From NCBI GenBank assembly GCA_021802045.1, contig JAKABB010000002.1, positions 17,681-81,680 of the forward strand: 64,000 bases of DNA, read 5' to 3'. The position numbers were made by a program, and so were the translations under genes. Below, in pieces: positions 30,223-46,839 of the stretch. This DNA comes from a bacterium (lineage in GTDB: Bacteria > Chloroflexota > Dormibacteria > Aeolococcales > Bog-877). The number at the start of each line of letters is the position of its first letter. Positions within the stretch are counted from its first letter, which is position 1. The notes beneath the pieces were generated by a model. The model had not been told where the DNA came from. It searched no databases and saw only the letters and a list, made by a program, of their open reading frames with translations.

Positions 30223-30609
30223 CCGGTGCCAGCATGCACGGGGACCGGGCGCATGCCCGCCGCGCGTCACCGCGGTGGAGCTGCCCGCGGCCTGACGGAC
30301 AGTCGACGAGCGCGCCGTCGACCCCCGGGCCCTCTCCCCCCGGGCCGGGCCGGGCCGGACGCCGGCCGCGGCCCCGGCGCCGTCCGGCGCTCCGCCCGGC
30401 TCCGCTACCATCGGGGTCGGGAGGATGGATCCGCGAGGGCGCGCCCGGACACCCGCCGGCCGTGCCTCGCCCCGGCGGCCGTTGGGGGGCCGGGCCGGTC
30501 GCACCCCCGCCGCCCTGGCCTGGGGCTCCGGGTGCCCGGTCGAGCCCGCAGCCCCCGGTCCCGCCGGGCGCGACGCCTTGCGGCGGACCCCACCGACGCC
30601 CTAAGATTG

Positions 30610-30636
30610 TTAGCACTCTCCACTCTTGAGTGCTAA
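30610..30636. promoter_or_regulatory. CIRCE operator (HrcA binding site) upstream of groES-groEL
   Basis: The perfect consensus TTAGCACTC-N9-GAGTGCTAA lies 22 nt upstream of the gro[16 protein letters not shown] sits at 30644-30650. Confidence 0.85.
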
Positions 30637-30657
30637 TGACGCGGAGGAACCTGACAT

Positions 30658-30969
30658 ATGGCCCTGAAGCTTCGCCCCCTTGCCGACCGGGTAGTGGTCA
30701 AGCCCGTGGAGCGGGACGAGATGACCAAGAGCGGCATCGTGCTGCCTGACACCGCCAAGGAGAAGCCCCAGGAGGGGCTGATCGAGGCCGTCGGCAACGG
30801 CAAGTACAACGAGCAGACCGGGCAGCGGATCGCCCTCGACGTGGCGGTCGGCGACCGGGTCATCTACGCCAAGTACTCCGGCTCCGAGGTCAAGATCGAC
30901 GAGCAGGACTACCTCATCCTGTCGGAGCGGGACATCCTGGCCGTCGTCGCCAGCAACGGCGTCGCCTGA
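30658..30969 (+). CDS. groES: co-chaperonin GroES
   Basis: 103 aa. [40 protein letters not shown]... is the GroES sequence. Confidence 0.95.
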   Translation: MALKLRPLADRVVVKPVERDEMTKSGIVLPDTAKEKPQEGLIEAVGNGKYNEQTGQRIALDVAVGDRVIYAKYSGSEVKIDEQDYLILSERDILAVVASNGVA

Positions 30970-31051
30970 TCCACTGATCCCCCGTCGCACCGCCGACCGG
31001 CCCCGGGGCCGGTCGGCGGGCGCGGATGCCACCATCCTCTGGAGGAGGAGC

Positions 31052-32744
<1,693 letters not shown>

Positions 32745-32763
32745 AACCGGGGAGAATGGGCCT

Positions 32764-33674
32764 GTGTCCCAGCAGGGTGCGCTGACCGTTGCCGTCGCCC
32801 AGTACGCGCCCGCGGTTGGGGACCGGCGGGGCAACCTGGAGCTCGGCTCGGCCTGGGTCCGGCGGGCGGCGGAGGCCGGTGCTCAGCTCGTCGTCCTGCC
32901 GGAGCTGGCCACATCCGGGTATACCTTCAGCAGTGAGCCGGAGGCGGCGGCGGCGGCCGAGGCTCTCGACGGCGACGGAGCGATCGCCGCCTGGCAGGCG
33001 CTCTGCCACGAGCTGCAGCTCTACGTGGTCGCCGGCGTCAACGAGCGCGTCACCGATCGCGAGCGCTTCAACAGCGCGGTGCTGCTGGGCCCTGACGGCC
33101 GGGTCGGCCTTTACCGCAAGGCCCACCTCTTCTTCGAGGAGTCTTTCTACTTCCAGCCCGGCGACCTGCCGTTCCCGGTCTTCGACCTGCCCTTCGGCCG
33201 GGTGGGGATGCTGGTCTGTTACGACCTGTGGTTCCCCGAGGCCGCCCGGGCCCTGGCCCTCCAGGGAGCCGACCTGATCGCCGTCCCCACCAACTGGGTC
33301 GCCAACTTCCGCCGGCGCCCCGTCGACGACCACGGGTGGACCATGGGCAACTACGCCGCCGTGGGCGTGGCCACTCAGAACCAGGTGTTCGTGGCCGCCG
33401 CCGATCGGATCGGGGAGGAGCGCGGAGTGGAGTTCGTCGGGTGCAGCTGCGTCGTGGCCCCCGACGGCTCGATGCTGGCCGGGCCGGCGGCGCGCGACCG
33501 GGAGACGCTCTTGGTGGTGCGAGTCGACCTGGAGGAGGCTCGACGCGCCAAGGCTCGCACCCCGCACAACCACACCCTCGGGGATCGGCGTCCGGACCTC
33601 TACGCGGCGGCCGCAGCCCGGGCCGCGGTGGCGGACGCCCTGGCCCCCAGCGCGCCCCCGGCCGTCGCGGCCCG

Positions 33675-33678
<4 letters not shown>
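32764..33678 (+). CDS. carbon-nitrogen hydrolase family protein (nitrilase/amidase superfamily)
   Basis: E-K-C triad context: VLPELATSGY, YRKAHLF, GMLVCYDLWFPE. Confidence 0.75.
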
Positions 33679-38470
<4,792 letters not shown>

Positions 38471-38627
38471 GGGACCTCCGCGAACGTGCCCATCATGACG
38501 GGGCCCTGGTCTGGGCTGGGCGCCGGGCCGGCGGCCGGCCGGGGCGGACCTCCTGGGCGGCATAATTCGAGGGGGGTCGGCGGGGCCGCGGGCCGCCGTG
38601 GCCGCTGGTCCCGGCTGGAGGTTGGGC

Positions 38628-38912
38628 ATGCCCATCGATCTGGACACGGTCGCGCACGTGGCCGCCCTGGCCCGCCTCGGCCTCAGCCCGGCGGAGCTGG
38701 AGCAGGCGCGCGAGCAGCTGAGCGCCATCCTCGATGCCGTCGACCGGCTGCAGGCGGCGGACACCGCGAGCGTGGCCCCGACCGCCCAGGTGGGCGATCT
38801 GCGCAACGTGATGCGCGCCGACGAGGCGCGGCCGTCGCTGCCGGTGGCGGCCGCCCTGGCCAATGCCGGTGGCCGCCAGGAGGGGCTGCTGCGCGTGCCC
38901 GCCATCCAGTGA
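38628..38912 (+). CDS. gatC: Asp/Glu-tRNA(Asn/Gln) amidotransferase subunit C
   Basis: 94 aa starting MPIDLDTVAHVAALARLGLSPAELEQ.... Confidence 0.85.
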   Translation: MPIDLDTVAHVAALARLGLSPAELEQAREQLSAILDAVDRLQAADTASVAPTAQVGDLRNVMRADEARPSLPVAAALANAGGRQEGLLRVPAIQ

Positions 38913-40384
38913 GCGCCGCCGAGCCGACCGCGGCCGAGCTAGGGCGGCGCCTGCGCGCGGGCGAGGTCTCCGCCCGCCAGCTCACCGAGGCGGCGCTGGC
39001 GCGGATCTCGGCCCGGGACGGCCGGCTGCGCGCCTTCCTGCGCACCAGCCCGGAACGGGCCCTGGTGGCGGCGGACGCGGCCGACCGACGCCTGCGCGAG
39101 GACCCGGGGGCCGCTCCGCCGCTCTGCGGCGTGCCCATGGCCGTCAAGGACGTGCTCTGCACCGAGGGCGTCGAGACCACGGCCGGGAGCCGGATCCTGG
39201 AGGGGTTCGTGCCTCCCTACACGGCGACGGCCGTGGCCCGTCTGGAGGCGGCCGGGGCCATCTGTCTGGGCAAGCTGAACTGCGACGAGTTCGCCATGGG
39301 CAGCTCGACGGAGAACTCGGCCTACCAGACCACCGCCAACCCCTGGGACCTGCAGCGGGTCCCCGGCGGCAGCAGCGGGGGCTCGGCGGCCGCGGTGGCC
39401 GGCGGCCTGGTGCCGATCACGCTGGGCACCGACACCGGCGGATCCATCCGCCAGCCCGCGGCGCTTTGCGGCACGGTCGGGTTCAAGCCCACCTACGGCC
39501 GGGTCAGCCGCTACGGGCTCATCGCGTTCGCCAGCTCCCTGGACCAGGTGGGGCCCCTGGCCCGGAGCGTGGAGGACGCGGCCATGGCCTACGCCGCCGT
39601 CGCCGGCCATGACCCCCTGGACGCCACCAGCCTGCCGGAGCCGGTGCCGGACCCGATGGGGACGCTGCGGGGTCCGGTGCGTGGCCTGCGCCTCGGCGTG
39701 CCGCACGAGTACCTGGCCCAGGACCTGGAGCCCGGGGTGCGGGCGGCCTTCGACGCGGCCTGCGTCGTGCTCACCGACCTGGGCGCGGAGCTGGTGGAGG
39801 TCCACCTGCCCCACACCGACCTGGCCCTGGCCGCCTACTACGTCCTGGCGCCAGCGGAGGCCAGCAGTAACCTGGCCCGCATGGATGGACTGCGCTTCGG
39901 CCCCGGGGCTCCGGGCAGCCGGACGCTGCGCGAGGCCTACCAGCGGACCCGGCACGACGGCTTCGGGCCCGAGGTCCGGCGCCGGGTCATGCTGGGCACC
40001 TACGCCCTCAGCAGCGGCTACTACGACGCCTACTACCGGCGGGCCCAGCAGGTGCGCACCCTGGTCGCCCGCGACTTCACCCAGGCCTTCGCGACGGTCG
40101 ACGCGATCGTCTCCCCGACCTCGCCGACGGTGGCCTTCCCGCTGGGGGCGCGCACCCGGGACCCCCTGGCCATGTACGCCTGTGACATCCTCACGCTGCC
40201 CTGCAACCTGGCCGGCATCCCGGGCATCAGCGTGCCGGCGGGGTTCAGCGAGGGCCTCCCCGTGGGCCTGCAGGTCCTGGCTCCCGCCGGTGAGGATGCC
40301 CGCTGTCTGCGGGTGGCCGCGTCCTACGAGGCGGCCACCTCGTGGGCTGCCACCGGGCCCCCGCTCGAGGAGGCGGCGGTATGA
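38909..40384 (+). CDS. gatA: Asp/Glu-tRNA(Asn/Gln) amidotransferase subunit A
   Basis: GTG overlaps the gatC stop. Amidase signature (GGSSGGSAAAVA). Confidence 0.9.
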   Translation: MSAAEPTAAELGRRLRAGEVSARQLTEAALARISARDGRLRAFLRTSPERALVAADAADRRLREDPGAAPPLCGVPMAVKDVLCTEGVETTAGSRILEGFVPPYTATAVARLEAAGAICLGKLNCDEFAMGSSTENSAYQTTANPWDLQRVPGGSSGGSAAAVAGGLVPITLGTDTGGSIRQPAALCGTVGFKPTYGRVSRYGLIAFASSLDQVGPLARSVEDAAMAYAAVAGHDPLDATSLPEPVPDPMGTLRGPVRGLRLGVPHEYLAQDLEPGVRAAFDAACVVLTDLGAELVEVHLPHTDLALAAYYVLAPAEASSNLARMDGLRFGPGAPGSRTLREAYQRTRHDGFGPEVRRRVMLGTYALSSGYYDAYYRRAQQVRTLVARDFTQAFATVDAIVSPTSPTVAFPLGARTRDPLAMYACDILTLPCNLAGIPGISVPAGFSEGLPVGLQVLAPAGEDARCLRVAASYEAATSWAATGPPLEEAAV

Positions 40385-41874
40385 CCGCGCTCCCCGCGGT
40401 CGCGCCGGTGGGTAGGGCCGCGGAGTTCGAGGCGGTCATCGGCCTCGAGGTCCACGTTCAGCTGCTGACGCGCACCAAGATGTTCTGCGGGTGCGCCGCC
40501 ACCTACCTGGGCTTACCGCCCAACAGCAACACCTGCCCGGTGTGCCTGGGCCTGCCGGGCACCCTGCCGGTCATCAACCAGGAGGCGGTGGCGCTGACGC
40601 TGCGCACGGCCCTGGCGCTGCAGTGCGAGATCCCGAAGTTCTCCAAGTTCGACCGCAAGAACTACTTCTATCCGGACCTGCCCAAGGGCTACCAGATCTC
40701 CCAGTACGACCTGCCGCTCTCCCAGCGGGGCTGGCTGGAGTTCGAGGTCGCAGGGGTGGAGCGGGCGGCCGGCATCACCCGGGTGCACCTGGAGGAGGAT
40801 GCCGGCAAGCTGCTGCACGAGGGGGAGCTGGGCAGCGCCGACCACTCTCTGGTCGACCTGAACCGGGCCGGCGTCCCCCTCATGGAGGTGGTGGGGGAGC
40901 CCGACCTGCGATCCCCGGCCGAGGCCCGGGCCTACGTGACCGCGCTGCGCCAGCTGCTGATGTACATCGGGGTGACCGACGGGAACATGGAGGAGGGCAG
41001 CCTGCGCTGCGACGCCAACATCTCCCTGCGCCCGGCCGGGAGCCAGGCCCTGGGCGTCAAGGTCGAGGTCAAGAACATGAACTCCTTCCGCAGTGTGCAG
41101 CGGGCCCTGGAGTTCGAGATCGAGCGCCAGGCGGGACTGCTGCGGGCGGGGGAGCCGGTGGAGCAGGCGACGCGCGGCTGGAGCGAGCCCGAGGGGCGCA
41201 CCGTGCCCCAGCGCAGCAAGGAGGAGGCGGAGGACTACCGCTACTTCCCCGAGCCCGACCTGCCCCCGCTGGTCATCGCCCGCGAGCAGGTCGAGGCCAT
41301 CCGATCGGCTCTGCCCGAGCTCCCCCGGGCCCGCCGGCTGCGGCTGCAGCAGGATCACGGGGTCAGCGCCGCCGAGGCCCACCTGCTCACGGCGCGCGCA
41401 CCCGAGGCCGACTACTTCGAGGCGGTGGTCGCCGCCGGCGCCCCCCCCAAGCTGGCCGCCACCTGGCAGCTGAACGAGCTGGCCGGGCTCTGCCAGCGCC
41501 ACCACCGCCCCCTGGAGGCCAGCGGCCTGGCCCCGGAGCGGCTGGCGGCGCTGCTGAGCCTGGTCGAGGCGGGGACCATCAACGGCGGCACCGCCAAGGA
41601 GCTGCTGGCGGAGGGGATCGAGACCGGGGCGGACCCCGCTCGGCTGGCCGGCGAGCGCCAGCTGAGCCAGGTCAGCGACGCCGCCGCCCTGACGGCCATC
41701 GTCGAGGAGGTGCTGCAGGCGCAGCCCCGGGCGGGGCGGGACTTCCAGGCCGGCAACGACCGTGCCCTGGGGGCGCTCGTCGGCGCCGTCATGGCCCGGA
41801 CCCGGGGCCGGGCCAACGCGCGCCTGGTCGACCGGCTTCTCCGCGAGCGGCTGCCCCGGGACCCCGGTCCCTGA
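40381..41874 (+). CDS. gatB: Asp/Glu-tRNA(Asn/Gln) amidotransferase subunit B
   Basis: ATG overlaps the gatA stop. GatB/E catalytic domain plus YqeY-like tail. Confidence 0.9.
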   Translation: MTALPAVAPVGRAAEFEAVIGLEVHVQLLTRTKMFCGCAATYLGLPPNSNTCPVCLGLPGTLPVINQEAVALTLRTALALQCEIPKFSKFDRKNYFYPDLPKGYQISQYDLPLSQRGWLEFEVAGVERAAGITRVHLEEDAGKLLHEGELGSADHSLVDLNRAGVPLMEVVGEPDLRSPAEARAYVTALRQLLMYIGVTDGNMEEGSLRCDANISLRPAGSQALGVKVEVKNMNSFRSVQRALEFEIERQAGLLRAGEPVEQATRGWSEPEGRTVPQRSKEEAEDYRYFPEPDLPPLVIAREQVEAIRSALPELPRARRLRLQQDHGVSAAEAHLLTARAPEADYFEAVVAAGAPPKLAATWQLNELAGLCQRHHRPLEASGLAPERLAALLSLVEAGTINGGTAKELLAEGIETGADPARLAGERQLSQVSDAAALTAIVEEVLQAQPRAGRDFQAGNDRALGALVGAVMARTRGRANARLVDRLLRERLPRDPGP

Positions 41875-43130
41875 CGCGGCTCCGGCCCGGCGACGCCCTG
41901 ACCCTGGAGCTGGGGCCGGCGGGGCATCGCGGCGTCTGCGTGGCGCATCACGACGGCCAACCCGTCTTCGTCCACGGCGGCCTCCCGGGCGAGCGGGTGG
42001 CGGCCCGGGTGACCCGCGTCCGCTCACGGCACGCCTTCGCCGCCGTGGAGCGGGTGCTGACGGCGTCCCCCGACCGGGTGGAGGCCCCGTGCCCGTACTA
42101 CGGCACCTGCGGCGGCTGCCACTGGCAGCACGCCGCCTACCCGCGCCAGCTGGCGATCAAGGAGCAGGTGGTCCGCCAGGCCCTGGAGCGCGCGGGCCTG
42201 GACCTGGGGACGGTAGCGGTCGACCGGGTGGCCGCCCCCGCGCCCTGGCGCTACCGCTGGCGGGGAGAGTTCCATCGGGTGGGGGCGCTGGCCGATGCCG
42301 AGCTGGGCTTCACGGCCCGGGACCGCTACCAGCGCATCCCGGTGGCGGACTGCCTCATCCACCACCAGACCATCGCCGCCGCCCTGCCCGCCCTGCGGGA
42401 GGGCCTGCGCCGTGCCGGGCGGGAGGCCCTCACCACCTTGCACCTCACGGTGGGCGGCGGAGGGACGGAGCTGCTGGTCGCGCCCCGGCCCCCGGGCGCG
42501 ACCCGCTCCGGGTTCCCGACCGTGGTCGCCGCCCGCCTCCCGGCCCCGATCCGCCTGACCACGGAGGCGACGGCGGTCCGGTACCGGGACCTCGAGTTCC
42601 GGGTCTGGCCCGAGGCCTTCCTGCAGGTCAATCAGGGCCAGCTGCCCCAGCTCTACGAGACGGTGGTGGACTGGCTCGGGGTCGACGCGGCCCCCGGGGG
42701 CACGGTGGTCGACGCCTACGCGGGGATCGGCATCCTCAGCTGCCGGCTGGCGCAGACGGCCGGGCGGGTGCTGGCGATCGAGTCGAACCCGATGGCGGCG
42801 CGCCTCTGCCGGCTCCACGCCGAGCTCAACCAGCTGCCCAACCTGCACGTCCAGGGCGGGACCGTCGAGGAGGCGCTGCCCCGGGCGGAGGCCGTGGGGG
42901 CGGTGGTCCTGGATCCCCCCCGGGCCGGCTGCGCCCCGGCGGTCACCGGCTGGCTGGCGCTGGCCGGGCCACCGGTCGTCGTCTACATCAGCTGCGAACC
43001 GGCCTCGCTGGCGCGGGACCTCCACTGCCTGGTGGCCCTGGGCCCGTACCAGCTCCAGCGCCTGCGGGTGGTGGACTGCTTCCCGCAGACGTACCACGTG
43101 GAGACGGTGGCGCTCCTCACCCGCCGGTGA
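41871..43130 (+). CDS. 23S rRNA (uracil-5-)-methyltransferase RlmD-like (TRAM + 4Fe-4S Cys cluster + SAM methyltransferase)
   Basis: TRAM domain, then CPYYGTCGGCHWQH, then a Rossmann methyltransferase domain (DAYAGIGILS). There is no in-frame ATG/GTG near the expected start. The start is placed at CTG 41871, right after the gatB stop, and is uncertain. Confidence 0.65.
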   Translation: MTRLRPGDALTLELGPAGHRGVCVAHHDGQPVFVHGGLPGERVAARVTRVRSRHAFAAVERVLTASPDRVEAPCPYYGTCGGCHWQHAAYPRQLAIKEQVVRQALERAGLDLGTVAVDRVAAPAPWRYRWRGEFHRVGALADAELGFTARDRYQRIPVADCLIHHQTIAAALPALREGLRRAGREALTTLHLTVGGGGTELLVAPRPPGATRSGFPTVVAARLPAPIRLTTEATAVRYRDLEFRVWPEAFLQVNQGQLPQLYETVVDWLGVDAAPGGTVVDAYAGIGILSCRLAQTAGRVLAIESNPMAARLCRLHAELNQLPNLHVQGGTVEEALPRAEAVGAVVLDPPRAGCAPAVTGWLALAGPPVVVYISCEPASLARDLHCLVALGPYQLQRLRVVDCFPQTYHVETVALLTRR

Positions 43131-43218
43131 GGCCCGGCAGCGGGCTGGGGCACCGCCGGAGGCGGTCGGGTTCTCGGATACTGGGTCGGTCCTGCCCGCC
43201 GCCCCCAGCCGGAGCCGC

Positions 43219-46200
43219 ATGAGCGACCCTCAGTTCGTCCATCTCCACGCCCACACCGAGTTCTCGCTCCTGGACGGCGCGGCCCGGATCGGGGGCATGG
43301 TGGGGCGGGCGGCCGAGCTCGGGATGCCGGCCATCGCCATGACCGACCACGGCAACCTGTCCGGGGCGATCGAGTTCTACGAGGCGGCCCGGGGCGCCGG
43401 CATCCAGCCGATCATCGGCTGCGAGGTCTACGTCGCGGCCCGGTCACGCCACCAGAAGGAGGGTCGGGCCGATCGCGATCCCTCCCACCTCGTGCTCCTG
43501 GCCAGGGACGCGACGGGCTACGCCAACCTCGTCAAGCTGGTCAGCCGGGCCCATCTCGAGGGCTACTACTACAAGCCACGCATCGACCGCGAGCTGCTGG
43601 GGGAGCTGGCGCAGGGGCTGATCGGCCTCTCCGGCTGCATCGGGGGCGAGGTGCCTCAGCGGCTGCTGGCCGGGGATGCCGCTGGGGCCGAGGCCCGGGC
43701 CCGGGAGTACGCGGAGATCCTCGGGCCCGACAACTACTTCCTGGAGCTGCAGGACCACCAGATGGAGGAGGAGGCGGTGGTGCGTGAGGGCCTGCTCACG
43801 CTGGCCCGCCGCACCGGGCTGCCCTTGGTGGCGACCAACGACCTGCACTACGTCGCGCCCGAGGACCAGGAAGCCCATGACATCCTGCTCTGCATCCAGA
43901 CCGGGTCGCGTCTGAATGATGCCCAGCGGCTCCGCTTCGCCGGCCCCCACTTCTACCTGGCCACCGCCCAGGAGATGGCCGCCCGCTTCGCCAGCTGCCT
44001 GGAGGCCGTCAGCAACACCGTGGCGGTCGCCGCGCGGTGCCGGTTCGAGCCCGCGCTCGAGCAGCACCTGCTGCCCAGGTACCCTCTGCCGCCGGGCCAG
44101 GACGCCGACGGGGTGCTGCGCCAGGAGGCGCTGGCCGGGCTGGAGGCGCGCTACGGCCGCGACGGGATCACCGACACCCATCGCCGGCGCCTGGAGGAGG
44201 AGCTGGCCGTCATCCGCGAGACGGGCTTCGCCGCCTACTTCCTCATCGTGTGGGACCTGATCCGTGCCGCCCGGGCCGACGGGGTCAAGGTCGGGCCCGG
44301 GCGAGGCTCCGCCTCCGGGAGCCTGGTGGCCTATGCGCTCCAGATCACCGGGGTCGACCCGATCCGCTACGGGCTGATCTTCGAACGCTTCCTCAACCGG
44401 GAGCGGGTCTCGATGCCCGACATCGACATCGACTTCGACGTCCAGGGACGGGGCCGGGTGATCGACTACGTGGCCCGCAAGTACGGGCAGGACCGCGTGG
44501 CCCAGATCGTCACCTTCGGCACCATGGCCGCCCGCGCCGCCCTGCGGGACGTGGGCCGGGTCATGGACGTGCCGCTGCCTGACGTGGACCGACTGGCCAA
44601 GCTGGTCCCGGCCCGACCGGGGATGACCCTGGAGGTGGCGCTCCGGGACAGCCGTGAGCTGCGGGCCCTGCACGAGCAGGAGCAGTGGGCCCAGCGGGTG
44701 GTGGAGAACGCCCGCCGGCTGGAGGGGATCACGCGCAACGCCGGCACCCACGCCGGCGGGGTGGTGATCGCGCCCGGGCCCCTGGAGGAGTACGTCCCCC
44801 TGCAGCGCGCGACCACCACCCGCGAGGGCATCGTGACCCAGTTCGACATGGTCGGGGTGCAGCGCATCGGCCTCTTGAAGATGGACTTCCTGGGCCTGGA
44901 GAACCTCACCATCCTCGACGATGCCCTGGGCAACATCCAGCAGACCACCGGGCAGCGCATCGACCTGGAGACGCTGCCGCTGGACGACGGGCCGACGTAC
45001 GAGCTGCTCTCGCGCGGCGACACCCTGGGCGTCTTCCAGATGGAGGGGGACGGGGCCAAGCGCATCCTGGCCGACATGCGCCCGCGCTCGATCGAGGACC
45101 TGGCCGCGGCGGGGGCGCTCAACCGGCCCGGACCCATCGAGGGCGGGGTCATCGACCTCTACATGCGGCGGCGCCGGGGCGAGGAGCCGATCACCTACCA
45201 CCACCCCGCGCTGGAGCCGATCCTGCGGGAGACCCACGGGGTGATCGTCTACCAGGACCAGGTCATGCAGATCGCCGCGGCGGTGGCCGGCTTCAGCCTG
45301 GGCGCCGCGGACGTGCTGCGAGCGGCCATGGGCAAGAAGGACAAGGCCAAGATGGCGGCCCAGCGCGACAGCTTCCTGCGGGGCGCGGCGGAGCGGGGGG
45401 TCGCCCCGGCGACCGCGGAGGCCCTCTTCGATTACATCGACCGCTTCGCCGGGTACGGGTTCAACAAGGCCCACGCGGTGGCCTACGCCGTCATCAGCTA
45501 CCAGACCGCCTACTTCAAGGCCAACCACCCCCTGGAGTACATGGCGGCCCTGCTCAACAGCAAGGCCGGCGACTCCGACCGTCTCAAGCGGGCCATCCTC
45601 GACGCCCGGGCGCACGACATCCAGGTCTCGCTCCCGGACGTCAACCGGTCGCGGGCCGCCTTCTCGGTGGCACCGTCCGGGACCGGGACCCCGGGCACGC
45701 CGCCGCCGCGGGTGATCCTGTACGGCCTGCAGCACATCAAGAACGTGGGGGAGCAGGTGGCGCACAAGATCGTCGCCGCCCGGGAGGCCGGCGGCCCCTT
45801 CCGATCCCTCTTGGACCTGTGCTGCCGGGTCAGCCCCCGCGACCTCAACCGCCGCGTCCTGGACACACTGGTCCGGTCAGGGGCCTGTGACCAGCTGGGC
45901 GAGCGGGCCCAGCTCCTGGCCCAGGTGGACTCGGCGGTGCGTCGCGCCGACCGCCTGGCGGCGGAACGCCTCTCCGGGCAGACGTCCCTCTTCACCGCCC
46001 TGGGCCAGGATGCGCCCGCCGACGGGCCGGCCGCGGCGGTGGCGGTCCTGGAGGAGCTGCCCTCCCTGCCCTCGGTGGACCCGGCGTCGATGCGGGAACG
46101 GCTCAGCTGGGAGCGGGAGCTGCTGGGGATGTACGTCAGCGATGATCCGCTGCGCCGGATGGGGGACCGGCTGCGCGCGCGCACCGACACCGAGCTGGCC

Positions 46201-46839
46201 GAGCTGCCCCGCCTCCACGGGCTGCAGGTGCAGGTCGGCGGCGCCATCCGCGATTGCCGCCGGGTCCAGAGCCGCCGCGGCGGGGCGATGGCCTTCCTGC
46301 AGCTCGAGGACCCGACGGGCACCTGCGAGGTGGTGGTCTTCCCGGCCCTCTACGGGGAGGTGGCCGCGGTGCTGGAGCCCGACGCCTTCGTGGTGGTGGC
46401 GGGGCGCGCCGAGATCGGCGCCCGAGGCCCGGCGGGCCCGGCCCCCGGTGCCGGCACGGCCGGCGCGGACGAGGGCGACGACGGCGCCGGGGAGACGCCC
46501 CGGGTGGTGGCCGACGCCGTCTTCGCCCTGGACGATGCCCGGCTCGACGGTTGGATCGGGCAGGGCGTGATCCACATCCGCAGCGCCGACGGCAGCCGGG
46601 CCTGGCTGGAGCAGCTGGCCGCCGTCCTGCGCCAGCACCCGGGAGCGGCCCCGGTGACCCTGCACCTGCGGACCGGGCGCGACGAGCACGAGATCGACCT
46701 TGGCGCCCAGCACGGCTGCCAGCCGTCGCCGGCCCTGGAGCGGGCGGTGGCCGAGCTCTGCGGGGCCGACGCCTACCACCTCGAGCGCATCCGCCCGACC
46801 GCCCCGGTGCGCGCCGCCCCCGGCCGCCCGAGGGGATGA
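43219..46839 (+). CDS. dnaE: DNA polymerase III subunit alpha
   Basis: 1206 aa with a PHP domain (HLHAHTEFSLLDGA), polymerase core, HhH and OB domains. A low-complexity Gly/Ala/Asp-rich insert lies near residues ~1040-1090. Confidence 0.95.
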   Translation: MSDPQFVHLHAHTEFSLLDGAARIGGMVGRAAELGMPAIAMTDHGNLSGAIEFYEAARGAGIQPIIGCEVYVAARSRHQKEGRADRDPSHLVLLARDATGYANLVKLVSRAHLEGYYYKPRIDRELLGELAQGLIGLSGCIGGEVPQRLLAGDAAGAEARAREYAEILGPDNYFLELQDHQMEEEAVVREGLLTLARRTGLPLVATNDLHYVAPEDQEAHDILLCIQTGSRLNDAQRLRFAGPHFYLATAQEMAARFASCLEAVSNTVAVAARCRFEPALEQHLLPRYPLPPGQDADGVLRQEALAGLEARYGRDGITDTHRRRLEEELAVIRETGFAAYFLIVWDLIRAARADGVKVGPGRGSASGSLVAYALQITGVDPIRYGLIFERFLNRERVSMPDIDIDFDVQGRGRVIDYVARKYGQDRVAQIVTFGTMAARAALRDVGRVMDVPLPDVDRLAKLVPARPGMTLEVALRDSRELRALHEQEQWAQRVVENARRLEGITRNAGTHAGGVVIAPGPLEEYVPLQRATTTREGIVTQFDMVGVQRIGLLKMDFLGLENLTILDDALGNIQQTTGQRIDLETLPLDDGPTYELLSRGDTLGVFQMEGDGAKRILADMRPRSIEDLAAAGALNRPGPIEGGVIDLYMRRRRGEEPITYHHPALEPILRETHGVIVYQDQVMQIAAAVAGFSLGAADVLRAAMGKKDKAKMAAQRDSFLRGAAERGVAPATAEALFDYIDRFAGYGFNKAHAVAYAVISYQTAYFKANHPLEYMAALLNSKAGDSDRLKRAILDARAHDIQVSLPDVNRSRAAFSVAPSGTGTPGTPPPRVILYGLQHIKNVGEQVAHKIVAAREAGGPFRSLLDLCCRVSPRDLNRRVLDTLVRSGACDQLGERAQLLAQVDSAVRRADRLAAERLSGQTSLFTALGQDAPADGPAAAVAVLEELPSLPSVDPASMRERLSWERELLGMYVSDDPLRRMGDRLRARTDTELAELPRLHGLQVQVGGAIRDCRRVQSRRGGAMAFLQLEDPTGTCEVVVFPALYGEVAAVLEPDAFVVVAGRAEIGARGPAGPAPGAGTAGADEGDDGAGETPRVVADAVFALDDARLDGWIGQGVIHIRSADGSRAWLEQLAAVLRQHPGAAPVTLHLRTGRDEHEIDLGAQHGCQPSPALERAVAELCGADAYHLERIRPTAPVRAAPGRPRG

